DNA from: Solobacterium sp.
GTDB taxonomy: Bacteria > Bacillota_I > Bacilli_A > Erysipelotrichales > Erysipelotrichaceae
Assembly (NCBI GenBank): GCA_017543005.1
Contig: JAFWEA010000100.1
Coordinates: 1-48,524, forward strand
Length of the DNA stretch: 48,524 nt
Direction: 5' to 3'
Part shown: in pieces, positions 8,952-17,670 of the stretch
How the letters are laid out: every line of letters begins with the position of its first letter
How positions within the stretch are numbered: position 1 is the stretch's first letter
The notes under the pieces: model-generated
What the model saw: only the letters and a program-made list of their open reading frames with translations
What the model was told of the DNA's origin: nothing
Database searches by the model: none
Program-made: the position numbers and the translations under genes

Positions 8952-10159
8952 ACAAAGTAAGAAAAGACTTTCCGTTTTTCACCAGCAACCCTGATCTGAT
9001 CTATTTTGACAACGGTGCCACCACACAGAAACCGCAGTGTGTGATTGACGCGGTCAGCGAGTTCTATACCATGGGTGCAGCCAACGTGCACCGGGGCGAC
9101 TATCCGCTCTCCCTGCACTGGGATGCCCTGTATGACAAGACCAGGGAATCTTTTGCCAAACTTTTGAACTGCCAGGCCAATGAGATTGTCTATACCGCCG
9201 GCAGTACACATTCCATGAACCAGATCGCCTACGGTCTGCAGAGAAATTTCCTCAAGCCGGGTGATGTGGTGCTGATTACCGAAAACGAACATGCCAGCAA
9301 CGTCATGCCGTGGTTCCGCATGCGGCAGGAAAGCGGCATCCAGTATGAATATATCCCGGTTGACAAGCAGGGCAATATTCATATGGAAGATGCCAAGAAG
9401 GCCATGCATGCCGGCGTCAAGGCCATTGCCGTGGCCGGCGTCACCAACGTGCTCGGCGCCAAGCAGCCGCTGAAGGAACTGGCAGCCCTGGCCCATGAAA
9501 ACGGGGCGCTGATGATCGTGGACGGGGCGCAGAGCGTTCCCCACGGTCCGACGGATGTGCAGGATCTCGATATCGACTTCCTCGGCTTCTCCGGTCATAA
9601 GATGGGCGGTCCGGGCGGCACCGGCATCATCTACGGCAAGTACGACCTGCTGCAGAAGATGGAACCGGTCTTCCTGGGCGGCGGCATGAACGCGCGCTTT
9701 GAAGCCTGCGGCGACATGCTGTATCAGGAGGCCCCGGAAAAGTTCGAAGCCGGCACCCCGAATATCGAAGGTGTCATCGGCCTTGGCCGGGCAGCAGAGT
9801 ACCTGCTGAGCCTTGGCATGGAGAATATCGAAGCATACGAAAAGGATCTGCGGGCTTACTTTGCCGAGCGGATGAAGGAACTCGACAACGTCGACTTCTA
9901 CAATCCGGACAATGCGTACGGGCCGATTGCCTTCAATGTGAAGGATGTCTTTGCCCAGGATACCGGCAGCTATCTGGCCGCCAACAATATCTGCGTGCGC
10001 TCCGGCAACCACTGCGCCAAGATCCTGCATGAAGTCATCGGTACGGATTCCACCGTCCGGGCTTCGCTGTATTTCTATAACACAAAGGAAGAAGTAGACC
10101 GTTTCATTGAGGTAACAAAGGAGATTACTCTCGAAAAGGCTGTCGGCATCTTCTTCTAG
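8939..10159 (+). CDS. sufS: Cysteine desulfurase SufS
   Basis: YFDNGATTQKP, ANVHRG, EHASN, DGAQ, SGHKMGGP, FEAGTP and RSGNHCA. Confidence 0.95.
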   Translation: MLDVNKVRKDFPFFTSNPDLIYFDNGATTQKPQCVIDAVSEFYTMGAANVHRGDYPLSLHWDALYDKTRESFAKLLNCQANEIVYTAGSTHSMNQIAYGLQRNFLKPGDVVLITENEHASNVMPWFRMRQESGIQYEYIPVDKQGNIHMEDAKKAMHAGVKAIAVAGVTNVLGAKQPLKELAALAHENGALMIVDGAQSVPHGPTDVQDLDIDFLGFSGHKMGGPGGTGIIYGKYDLLQKMEPVFLGGGMNARFEACGDMLYQEAPEKFEAGTPNIEGVIGLGRAAEYLLSLGMENIEAYEKDLRAYFAERMKELDNVDFYNPDNAYGPIAFNVKDVFAQDTGSYLAANNICVRSGNHCAKILHEVIGTDSTVRASLYFYNTKEEVDRFIEVTKEITLEKAVGIFF

Positions 10160-10169
10160 GAGGCAGTTC

Positions 10170-10628
10170 ATGAGTGAATACAAAAATCTGCTTGATGACC
10201 CGGAAGTTCTGCGTGAACTGATCATGGATCATTACAAGTATCCGCACAACCATGTCCTCAAGGACGGGGCCGGCTACAAGAAGATTCATATGGCCAGCGC
10301 CAGCTGCATTGATGACATCACGGTGCAGGCGGATATCGAGAACGGGATCATCAAGGATATCAATTTTGCCGGCATCGGCTGCACGATCAGCACGGCCAGC
10401 ACCAGCATGATGACGGATCTGCTGGTCGGCAAGACCATTGATGAGGCAAAGGTCATCGTGGACAACTATTTCCACATGGTCAACGCTGAGCCGTACGATG
10501 CCGACAAGCTGGATGAAGCCGTGGCCATGAAGAATGTCTGGCGGCAGGCTAACCGCATCAACTGTGCCACCATCGGCTGGCGGGCGATCCGGCAGATGAT
10601 CGAAGAAAGCGAGGGAAGCCATGAGTGA
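10170..10628 (+). CDS. sufU: SufU sulfur-transfer/scaffold protein
   Basis: [24 protein letters not shown] and RINCATIGW. Confidence 0.93.
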   Translation: MSEYKNLLDDPEVLRELIMDHYKYPHNHVLKDGAGYKKIHMASASCIDDITVQADIENGIIKDINFAGIGCTISTASTSMMTDLLVGKTIDEAKVIVDNYFHMVNAEPYDADKLDEAVAMKNVWRQANRINCATIGWRAIRQMIEESEGSHE

Positions 10629-12036
10629 GAACTACAACGATCAGGTCATGGGATCCCTGGATGAATACAAGTACGGCTTCGCGGATGAAGACACCTCGGT
10701 ATACAACACCGGCAAGGGTCTGACCGAAGAAATCGTCCGGGAGATCTCACGCATCAAGGAAGAACCGGAATGGATGACGGAATTCCGGGTCAACGCTTTT
10801 CATACCTTTGAAAAGCTGCCGATGCCGAAATGGGGACCGGATCTTTCCGAAATTAACTTTAATGATTATGTGTATTATATCCGGCCGGCTGACCGGCTGA
10901 TGTCCAAGTCCTGGGACGAGGTTCCGGATACCATCAAGGATACCTTCAACCGGCTGGGCATTCCGGAAGCGGAGAAGAAGTTCCTGGCCGGTGTGGCCAC
11001 CCAGTACGAGTCCGAGATGGTTTACCACAACATGCTGGACGAAGTGCAGGAGAAGGGGGTTATCTTCCTTGATACGGACAGTGCGCTGAAATATGCCCCG
11101 GATCTGTTCCGGAAGTACTTCTCCAAGCTGGTGCCGCCAACCGACAACAAGTTCGCGGCCCTCAACAGCGCTGTCTGGTCCGGCGGCAGCTTCATCTATG
11201 TCCCGCCGGGAGTCAAGCTGGAAAAGCCGCTGCAGTCCTATTTCCGCATCAATACCGAGCGGATGGGGCAGTTTGAAAGAACGCTGATCATTGCGGATGA
11301 AGGCGCGGATGTGCACTATGTCGAAGGCTGCACGGCGCCGCTGTATTCCAATGATTCCCTGCATGCGGCCGTCGTTGAGATCTTTGTCGAAAAGAACGGC
11401 CGGGCCCGTTACTCCACCGTGCAGAACTGGTCCACGAACATCCTGAACCTGACCACGAAGCGGGCCAAGGTGGAAGCCGGCGGCATCATGGAATGGGTGG
11501 ACGGCAACATCGGTTCGCGCATGACCATGAAGTATCCGGCCTGCATCCTCAACGGGGAATATGCCCGCGGCATGTGCATCACCATCGCCGTGGCCGGCAA
11601 GGACCAGATCCAGGACACCGGGGCCAAGATGATCCATCTGGCGCCGCACACCAGTTCGACCATCATCTCGAAGTCTGTTTCCCGCAAGGGCGGTGAAGCC
11701 AACTTCCGGGATGAGATCTATCTGGGCCCGAAGGCAGACTTTGCCAAGGCGAAGATCGAGTGCGACACCCTGATTCTGGATGACCTGTCCCGCAGTGACA
11801 CGATTCCGACCAATGTCGGGGCCAACAATACATCGACCATCGAGCACGAAGCCAAGGTCTCCAAGATCTCGGAAGAAGAACTGTTCTATCTGATGAGCCG
11901 CGGTCTGAGTGAAGCCCAGGCCACCGAGATGATCGTTCTCGGCTTCCTGGAGCCGTTTACCCGGGAGCTGCCGATGGAATATGCAGTCGAACTGAACCAG
12001 CTGCTGAAGCTGGACATGACCGGTTCGGTCGGCTGA
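10621..12036 (+). CDS. sufB: Fe-S cluster assembly protein SufB
   Basis: [38 protein letters not shown] and ELPMEYAVE. Confidence 0.97.
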   Translation: MSENYNDQVMGSLDEYKYGFADEDTSVYNTGKGLTEEIVREISRIKEEPEWMTEFRVNAFHTFEKLPMPKWGPDLSEINFNDYVYYIRPADRLMSKSWDEVPDTIKDTFNRLGIPEAEKKFLAGVATQYESEMVYHNMLDEVQEKGVIFLDTDSALKYAPDLFRKYFSKLVPPTDNKFAALNSAVWSGGSFIYVPPGVKLEKPLQSYFRINTERMGQFERTLIIADEGADVHYVEGCTAPLYSNDSLHAAVVEIFVEKNGRARYSTVQNWSTNILNLTTKRAKVEAGGIMEWVDGNIGSRMTMKYPACILNGEYARGMCITIAVAGKDQIQDTGAKMIHLAPHTSSTIISKSVSRKGGEANFRDEIYLGPKADFAKAKIECDTLILDDLSRSDTIPTNVGANNTSTIEHEAKVSKISEEELFYLMSRGLSEAQATEMIVLGFLEPFTRELPMEYAVELNQLLKLDMTGSVG

Positions 12037-12050
12037 TTCTGAATCTGCCA

Positions 12051-12076
12051 GAAAATGCCTGCGGGCATTTTCTTTT
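12051..12076 (+). terminator. Intrinsic terminator of the suf operon
   Basis: GAAAATGCC-TGCG-GGCATTTTC-TTTT. Confidence 0.8.
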
Positions 12077-12085
12077 CCCTGCGGA

Positions 12086-12113
12086 TTGAAAAAAATCCGT
12101 ATGATGGTACAAT
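12086..12113 (+). promoter_or_regulatory. tRNA promoter
   Basis: TTGAAA-16 bp-TACAAT with extended TG, 9 nt before the tRNA. Confidence 0.6.
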
Positions 12114-12122
12114 ACATGGTAC

Positions 12123-12198
12123 GGAGGCTTAGCTCAGTTGGGAGAGCGCACCCTTCACAGGGGTGATGTCGCAGGTTCGAGTCCTGTAGCCTCCACCA
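12123..12198 (+). tRNA. tRNA-Val(CAC)
   Basis: 76-nt cloverleaf: acceptor GGAGGCT/AGCCTCC, D-arm GCTC/GAGC, anticodon stem CACCC/GGGTG with loop TT-CAC-AG, T-arm GCAGG-TTCGAGT-CCTGT, discriminator A and encoded CCA. Confidence 0.95.
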
Positions 12199-12209
12199 TG
12201 GTATACACA

Positions 12210-12237
12210 TTCCCCGACAGATCTGCCGGGGATTTTT
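12210..12237 (+). terminator. Intrinsic terminator after the tRNA
   Basis: TCCCCG..CGGGGA hairpin followed by TTTTT. Confidence 0.7.
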
Positions 12238-12321
12238 GTAAAGAGGGGCGGAGGGAAAACGGTTTTTATCCGCCGGGTTCTTTGTGTATGATATAAATGA
12301 ATAAACAGAAAGCGGTGTTCT

Positions 12322-15300
12322 ATGTCTGAAGAGAGAGCTGTTCCCCATACCAAGGAGATGCGCCAGAAGGCGAATAAATATTTCTTAGCAAAGGTTATTT
12401 TCAATCTGATTCTGATTGTGGCCGGGGCCATGCTGATCGGTTTCCTGCTGCGCAGCATGCAGACACGGGCATCCATGCAGCGGCAGAACGAGAACAGCCA
12501 GCAGGCCCTGACCGAAGCGCTGGGAACGCTGGAACGGAATGAACAGAGCGCCCGGGAACTGGAAACGATCTATCACCAGGGCAACCAGCAGATTCTCGAT
12601 GATATCGAACTGGTGCTTGCCGATGGTCTTTCCGATGCAATGGTAACCGCTGATGAGAATATCCGTTCCGATATCATGAAGGAAGCGGCCGACCGGGCCG
12701 GAGCCGATTATCTGTTTGTCATGGATACGAAGGGGAATATCGTGCTCAGTCCCGACGCCTCCGAATTCATGGTCAATCCGGCGGTCAACGGAACCCTGAC
12801 GCAGGAGAATATCAATAACCTGCTGAAATATACAACTACAGCCGAGGGGACCGTGACCCCGGTCCAGGTCAAAAACCGGTTCGGGACATTCTGGTTCTAT
12901 TCCCGGCCTTACCGGTTCTGGGATCAGGATTATGCGCTGGTCATCGGCGTATCGACAGGCGTCTTGGAACAGCAGACAGGCACCCTGCGGGATGTATCCG
13001 CGGTGCTGCGGCGGACTGCCGTCATCAATGACGGCTTCCTGTTTGCGGTCAATAAAAACAACAGCCTGTTCATGTACTTCAATAACGGGGAGGATATGCT
13101 GACGGGGCAGAATGCCCTGCAGTGCGGCCTGTCCAGAAATGCCCTGAACGACGGGTATGCCGGGGTGGAAACCATCCGGGGACAGGAATACTACTGTGTT
13201 TCCCGGATCTTCGGTGATCAGGCAGTGATCTGTGCGACAGCCCGGACTGACCGGATTGTGGCGGATGACAGGTATGTCCTGTTCTGGACGCTGCTTGGCT
13301 TTATCATTGTCATGCTTGTTTCTCTGACTTACGCCGTGATTGTCCGCAATGACTTTGTCCGGCACGCGGTAGAAACCGAAAGGGTTGTGCTGCTGAAGGA
13401 CACTGAGAACCCGATGTATTTCGACCGCTCTGTTTTCCGAAAGGTATTCCCGCTGCTGCTGGTCAGCATCATGATTGTGTACGGCATATCGTACTATACA
13501 CAGACCCTGCTGGAAGTGACCCAGGGGGTGGAGAAGTCCTCTGCCGCCCTGCAGGAAGTCACCGGGCGGTATGAAGAAAGCGTGGAAAACCGGGAAGCGC
13601 TCAGTGCCTACAACGACGAGCATTTCCTTTCAACCGCAAGACTGCTGGCCTTTATCGTGGAAGAACTCCCTGATGTTCTGAATGAGGACAGCGGCCGCTA
13701 TTACAGTACGTATGATGAAACCGACAACCGGGTTTTCCTGGCCGATGACGAGGGCAACCGCCTGCAGTCCGTGGATCATTCGGCCGTGCTGCAGCAGCTG
13801 TGCGATACCAACAGCATTGACGCCATCTATGTCTATAACGAAGACGGCCGGACCATCGCTACCAGTACAGCCAACTGGTTCTTTACGCTGAGCCGCGATC
13901 CGGAAGCACAGTCCTATCCGTTCCAGGCAGTCCTGGACGGCCGGGTTGACAGTTATATTCAGGAACGCCTGACCAACGATCTCGGTGAAGAGCATCAGTA
14001 TATCGGCGTGGCGATGAACTACTATACGATGAAGGACGAAGAGGGGAACACCCGCTATGTTTCCCGTTCGGATTATGAGAAGTCAGTAGTGGAAAGCGGG
14101 CTGAACGGCAACATGACCGGTGACGGCATTACCGGACACCGCTCCCTGCTGCAGATTGAATTGAGCGACAGCCTGTCCGACCGGCTGCTGGAACCGACCA
14201 GTGCCGAGCGGGCCCTGTCCACCAGCATGCTCAGCGGCGGTGCCATCGTCATGTTTGACACCACGGAGGATCATGTCTGCGTCTATTCGCCGATGGCAGC
14301 GAGCATCGGCCGCACGGCAGCGGATCTCGGCATTCCGGACAATGCCTTCAGCGGTATGGATTACTACGGCTTCACACGGGTCAACGGGGTTTCCTATTTC
14401 CAGTATTTCCGTTATGTGAATGATTACTTCATTGCCACAGCGATTCCGAAGAGTTCCATGTACAAGGCCAGAGTGCCCATTTCCTTGATGACGGCTGTCA
14501 TCTGCTTTGTGCTGATCCTGTTCCTGACTTTGACGGTCACCCTGACCAACAGTGAAGAAGAGAAGCTCTATCAGGTCATGAGCGACGAAGAAGCCGAAAG
14601 CGGCCTGAACAAAGCCATCTTCAGTATTATCCTGCCGTCCGGCCGGCGGTCTTCCACGACCAATGCGGCAGCCCGCTGGGACAACCGGCATGTGTCATGG
14701 AGTGAAAAGGGACCGGAACAGAAACTGATTGATATTGCCAGGGCGATCATGCTCGTCCTCATCATTTATATCCTGCTGTCGGCATTTGTGCTTCCCACCT
14801 CGCTGCAGGACAATTCCGTGCTGCGGTATATCCTGGGCGGATCCTGGACCCGGGGCTGGAACGTCTTTGCCCTGACGGCCTGTGCCATTGTGCTGATGTC
14901 GACGATCATCCTGGTCGCGGTCTGCCGGATCCCGGTCAATATCATCTCCTCGATGCTCGGGGCCAGAACCGAAACCCTGGGCCATCTGCTGCTGTCCATT
15001 CTGAAGTACGGCGGCTCCATCGGGGCGCTGTTCTACTGCCTGTACCTGGTCGGCCTTGACGCCGGCGGCCTGCTGGCCAGTGTCGGTATTCTGTCGCTGG
15101 TCATCGGCCTTGGTGCCCAGAGCCTGATCCAGGATATCATTGCCGGTATCTTCATTGTCTTTGAAGGGGAATTCCGGGTCGGTGACATCGTAACGATCAA
15201 GGATTTCCGCGGTACCGTGCTCGACATCGGTCTGCGGACCACCAAGATCATCGGTACGGACGGCAATATCAAGATCTTCAACAACAGTGAAATTTCCGGT

Positions 15301-15681
15301 GTCCTGAACATGACAAAAGAGACCTCGGTGGCTATGGCATCCATCAGCATCGAATACGGGCAGGATATTGAATATGTGGAAGCCGTGCTGGCGCGTGATC
15401 TGCCGGCCCTGCGGGAAAAGAATCCGAAGATTCTGGACGGCCCGACGTATCTGGGCATCTCCGAACTGGGCGATAGTGGTGTCACCATGCGGATCATTGC
15501 CCGCTGCAGCGAGCGGGATGTCAGAGGCGTGAACCGGTTCCTGAACCGCGAAGTGCTGCAGATCTTCTACCGCAACGGCATCAATGTACCGTTCAACAAC
15601 GTGACGATATCCAACCTGGATCCGTCCCCGAAGAAGACCTTGGCAGATTTTATAAGAGAACAGGAGGAGAGAGGCGAATGA
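12322..15681 (+). CDS. Large MscS-family channel with two extracellular Cache-like domains
   Basis: C-terminal MscS signature from about aa 884 (LLASVGILSLVIGLGAQSLIQDIIAGIFIVFEGEFRVGDIV..GTVLDIGLRTTKI..NSEI..F YRNGINVPF). N-terminal part has two TM-soluble domain-TM modules with Cache-like motifs. Confidence 0.85.
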   Translation: MSEERAVPHTKEMRQKANKYFLAKVIFNLILIVAGAMLIGFLLRSMQTRASMQRQNENSQQALTEALGTLERNEQSARELETIYHQGNQQILDDIELVLADGLSDAMVTADENIRSDIMKEAADRAGADYLFVMDTKGNIVLSPDASEFMVNPAVNGTLTQENINNLLKYTTTAEGTVTPVQVKNRFGTFWFYSRPYRFWDQDYALVIGVSTGVLEQQTGTLRDVSAVLRRTAVINDGFLFAVNKNNSLFMYFNNGEDMLTGQNALQCGLSRNALNDGYAGVETIRGQEYYCVSRIFGDQAVICATARTDRIVADDRYVLFWTLLGFIIVMLVSLTYAVIVRNDFVRHAVETERVVLLKDTENPMYFDRSVFRKVFPLLLVSIMIVYGISYYTQTLLEVTQGVEKSSAALQEVTGRYEESVENREALSAYNDEHFLSTARLLAFIVEELPDVLNEDSGRYYSTYDETDNRVFLADDEGNRLQSVDHSAVLQQLCDTNSIDAIYVYNEDGRTIATSTANWFFTLSRDPEAQSYPFQAVLDGRVDSYIQERLTNDLGEEHQYIGVAMNYYTMKDEEGNTRYVSRSDYEKSVVESGLNGNMTGDGITGHRSLLQIELSDSLSDRLLEPTSAERALSTSMLSGGAIVMFDTTEDHVCVYSPMAASIGRTAADLGIPDNAFSGMDYYGFTRVNGVSYFQYFRYVNDYFIATAIPKSSMYKARVPISLMTAVICFVLILFLTLTVTLTNSEEEKLYQVMSDEEAESGLNKAIFSIILPSGRRSSTTNAAARWDNRHVSWSEKGPEQKLIDIARAIMLVLIIYILLSAFVLPTSLQDNSVLRYILGGSWTRGWNVFALTACAIVLMSTIILVAVCRIPVNIISSMLGARTETLGHLLLSILKYGGSIGALFYCLYLVGLDAGGLLASVGILSLVIGLGAQSLIQDIIAGIFIVFEGEFRVGDIVTIKDFRGTVLDIGLRTTKIIGTDGNIKIFNNSEISGVLNMTKETSVAMASISIEYGQDIEYVEAVLARDLPALREKNPKILDGPTYLGISELGDSGVTMRIIARCSERDVRGVNRFLNREVLQIFYRNGINVPFNNVTISNLDPSPKKTLADFIREQEERGE

Positions 15682-16742
15682 AACAGAGCCGAATCATTGC
15701 GGTGCTGAGCTGTATCCTGCTGACAGCCTGTTCGGCAGGCCAGCCGGCCGATGAGTCCGCCGCTCCCACCCGGGTGCCTGAAACGACAGTCGTGCGGCAG
15801 GCGCTGGGCTCGAACGGCCATATCTTTACCTCTATTGCGATCGAGCAGGGATTCTTCGCCGATGAGGGCATTACCGTGGAATATGTCCCGGTTGCCAGTG
15901 ATGCGGAAGTGTTTGAAGCAATCAAAGACGGCCGGATCGATATCGCGGCCAACTCCGGTACGAACCTGCCGCTGGAGAATATCTCCAAAGGCATGGACCT
16001 GACGATCTTCGGCGGGTATATGCTGACCGGCTGCATGCCGATCTTTGCCCGTACGGACACGGAATGGAACGGCATCGAGGACCTGATCGGCAGTACGATG
16101 GCCTGTGAGCCAAACCTGTTCGCCGTGACCGGGCCGCTGCTGGATATGGGCTATCAGCCGCTGCAGCAGATCACCTGGCTGAATCCGGAAGATCAGATGG
16201 ATCGTATCCGCGCAGTGGAAAGCGGGGAAGCGGATTTCGGCCTGGTCGGAACATCCCTGAATTACGAGATCAACAGCAACCCGAACCTGAAGGTGCTGAC
16301 CTATGCGGATGATATCCTGCCGGATTATTCGTGCTGCCGGGCGGAAGCGCTGACCAGCTGGGTCAAGGAGAATCCCAACACGGTGATAGCCGTGCTGAAG
16401 GGCTGGATCCGGGCCATGGAATACTATGATTCCCATCATGATGAAACCGTCCATCTGACCATGAAACAGATCGGTCAGGACGAAGAGTATGTGCGGGCTT
16501 ATCTCGACAATCCCCGCTGCAACCTGGATGTCGATCCGATGAAGAGTGCCGTGGAAAGAGCCTGGACCTATATGGGCCGGCTCGGACTGCTCGACCGGGA
16601 TGCGGCCGGGATGGACATCGACGAGCATATCAACACGGAACTGTACAAGATTGCCCTGGATGAATGCCAGGCCCAGTACGGCAGTGAAAACCCGCAGTTC
16701 TATGAGAGGATGCAGTCCCAGTTCGCCAAAAACAATCAGTAA
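15678..16742 (+). CDS. SsuA/NMT1/THI5-like solute-binding lipoprotein
   Basis: Lipobox LLTAC; IAIEQGFFADEGITVEYV..EAIKDGRIDIA and WVKENPNTVIAVLKGWIRAM, typical of the sulfonate/nitrate/HMP SBP family; ATGA overlap with the channel gene. Confidence 0.85.
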   Translation: MKQSRIIAVLSCILLTACSAGQPADESAAPTRVPETTVVRQALGSNGHIFTSIAIEQGFFADEGITVEYVPVASDAEVFEAIKDGRIDIAANSGTNLPLENISKGMDLTIFGGYMLTGCMPIFARTDTEWNGIEDLIGSTMACEPNLFAVTGPLLDMGYQPLQQITWLNPEDQMDRIRAVESGEADFGLVGTSLNYEINSNPNLKVLTYADDILPDYSCCRAEALTSWVKENPNTVIAVLKGWIRAMEYYDSHHDETVHLTMKQIGQDEEYVRAYLDNPRCNLDVDPMKSAVERAWTYMGRLGLLDRDAAGMDIDEHINTELYKIALDECQAQYGSENPQFYERMQSQFAKNNQ

Positions 16743-16744
16743 CC

Positions 16745-16778
16745 AAAAAAACAGCCTTCCCGCGGGAAGGCTTTCTTT
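16745..16778. terminator. Bidirectional terminator between the SBP gene and proC
   Basis: A-run, AGCCTTCC-CGCG-GGAAGGCT, TTCTTT. Confidence 0.8.
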
Positions 16779-16782
16779 GTGC

Positions 16783-17583
16783 TTACTTGCTTAATTCAAT
16801 GGCCCGGTTGATGCATTTTTCATCAGCCCGTTCAACCATGCTGTCGAGGTCTTCGGCTTCAAATACCCGGATGGCTTCGATGGTGGTGCCGCCCTTGGAA
16901 CAGACGGAGGCGATGAAGTCCTCCAGCGGTTTGTCCGGCTCGGCTTCCAGCAGCCTGCCGGAGCCGATCATGGTCTGCACCAGCAGGGTTCTGGCGGTTT
17001 CCGGATCCACGCCGCGGCGGATGACATCCTTCAGGATGCTGTTGAGGAAGTAGTAGAAGTAAGCCGGGGTGCTGCCGTGGACGGCAATGATGTTGTTCAT
17101 CTGGTCTTCCGGAATATCGCGGACAACTCCAAGCGCTTCAAACATGGAGCGGACAAATTCCAGGTCTGCGGCAGCCACATCATCCGTATGGCACATGGCA
17201 GTGGCCCCGCACGATACCATCAGCGGGGTGTTCGGCATGACCCGGATGACCGGGATACTGCCGGCCAGATCCCGGATGTGCTGCATGGACAGGGCGGCAA
17301 CGATGGACAGCAGGCAGTCAATCGGGACGCCGCTGAGTTTCGGCAGGACCGAATCAACGACCTGCGGGGTAACGGCCAGCAGGACGACATGCGCTGACGC
17401 GGCCAGTTCGGCTTCGCTGTCAAACAGGGCAAAGCCGAGTTCCGCACAGTTGTTCCGGATGGTTTCAGACGGATCGAATACGGCGATTTCTTCTGCTTTC
17501 AGCAGGCCGCGGTTCAATGCACCCCTGGCAATGGACATGCCCATGTGGCCGCAGCCGATGAATCCGAGTCGATACTGTTTCAT
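16783..17583 (-). CDS. proC: Pyrroline-5-carboxylate reductase
   Basis: Start ATG 17583 with AAAGGAG SD. GFIGCGHMG, LLAVTPQ, RVMPNTP, GSTPAY and VCSKGGTTIEAI. Confidence 0.94.
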   Translation of the reverse strand: MKQYRLGFIGCGHMGMSIARGALNRGLLKAEEIAVFDPSETIRNNCAELGFALFDSEAELAASAHVVLLAVTPQVVDSVLPKLSGVPIDCLLSIVAALSMQHIRDLAGSIPVIRVMPNTPLMVSCGATAMCHTDDVAAADLEFVRSMFEALGVVRDIPEDQMNNIIAVHGSTPAYFYYFLNSILKDVIRRGVDPETARTLLVQTMIGSGRLLEAEPDKPLEDFIASVCSKGGTTIEAIRVFEAEDLDSMVERADEKCINRAIELSK

Positions 17584-17670
17584 ATAGTTTTCTCCTTTAA
17601 ACAAATATCATTATATGGCAAACAAGTGCCGGGTGCAGGGAAAAACAATTTACGGTAGAATAATGACGTC

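Noticed and set aside
12129-12476. 115-aa minus-strand ORF
   Set aside because: Overlaps the tRNA and the start of the channel gene; spurious.
12123-16780. tRNA-anchored genomic island or mobile element
   Set aside because: No integrase or transposase and no duplicated tRNA 3' end seen; at most an old accessory insertion.
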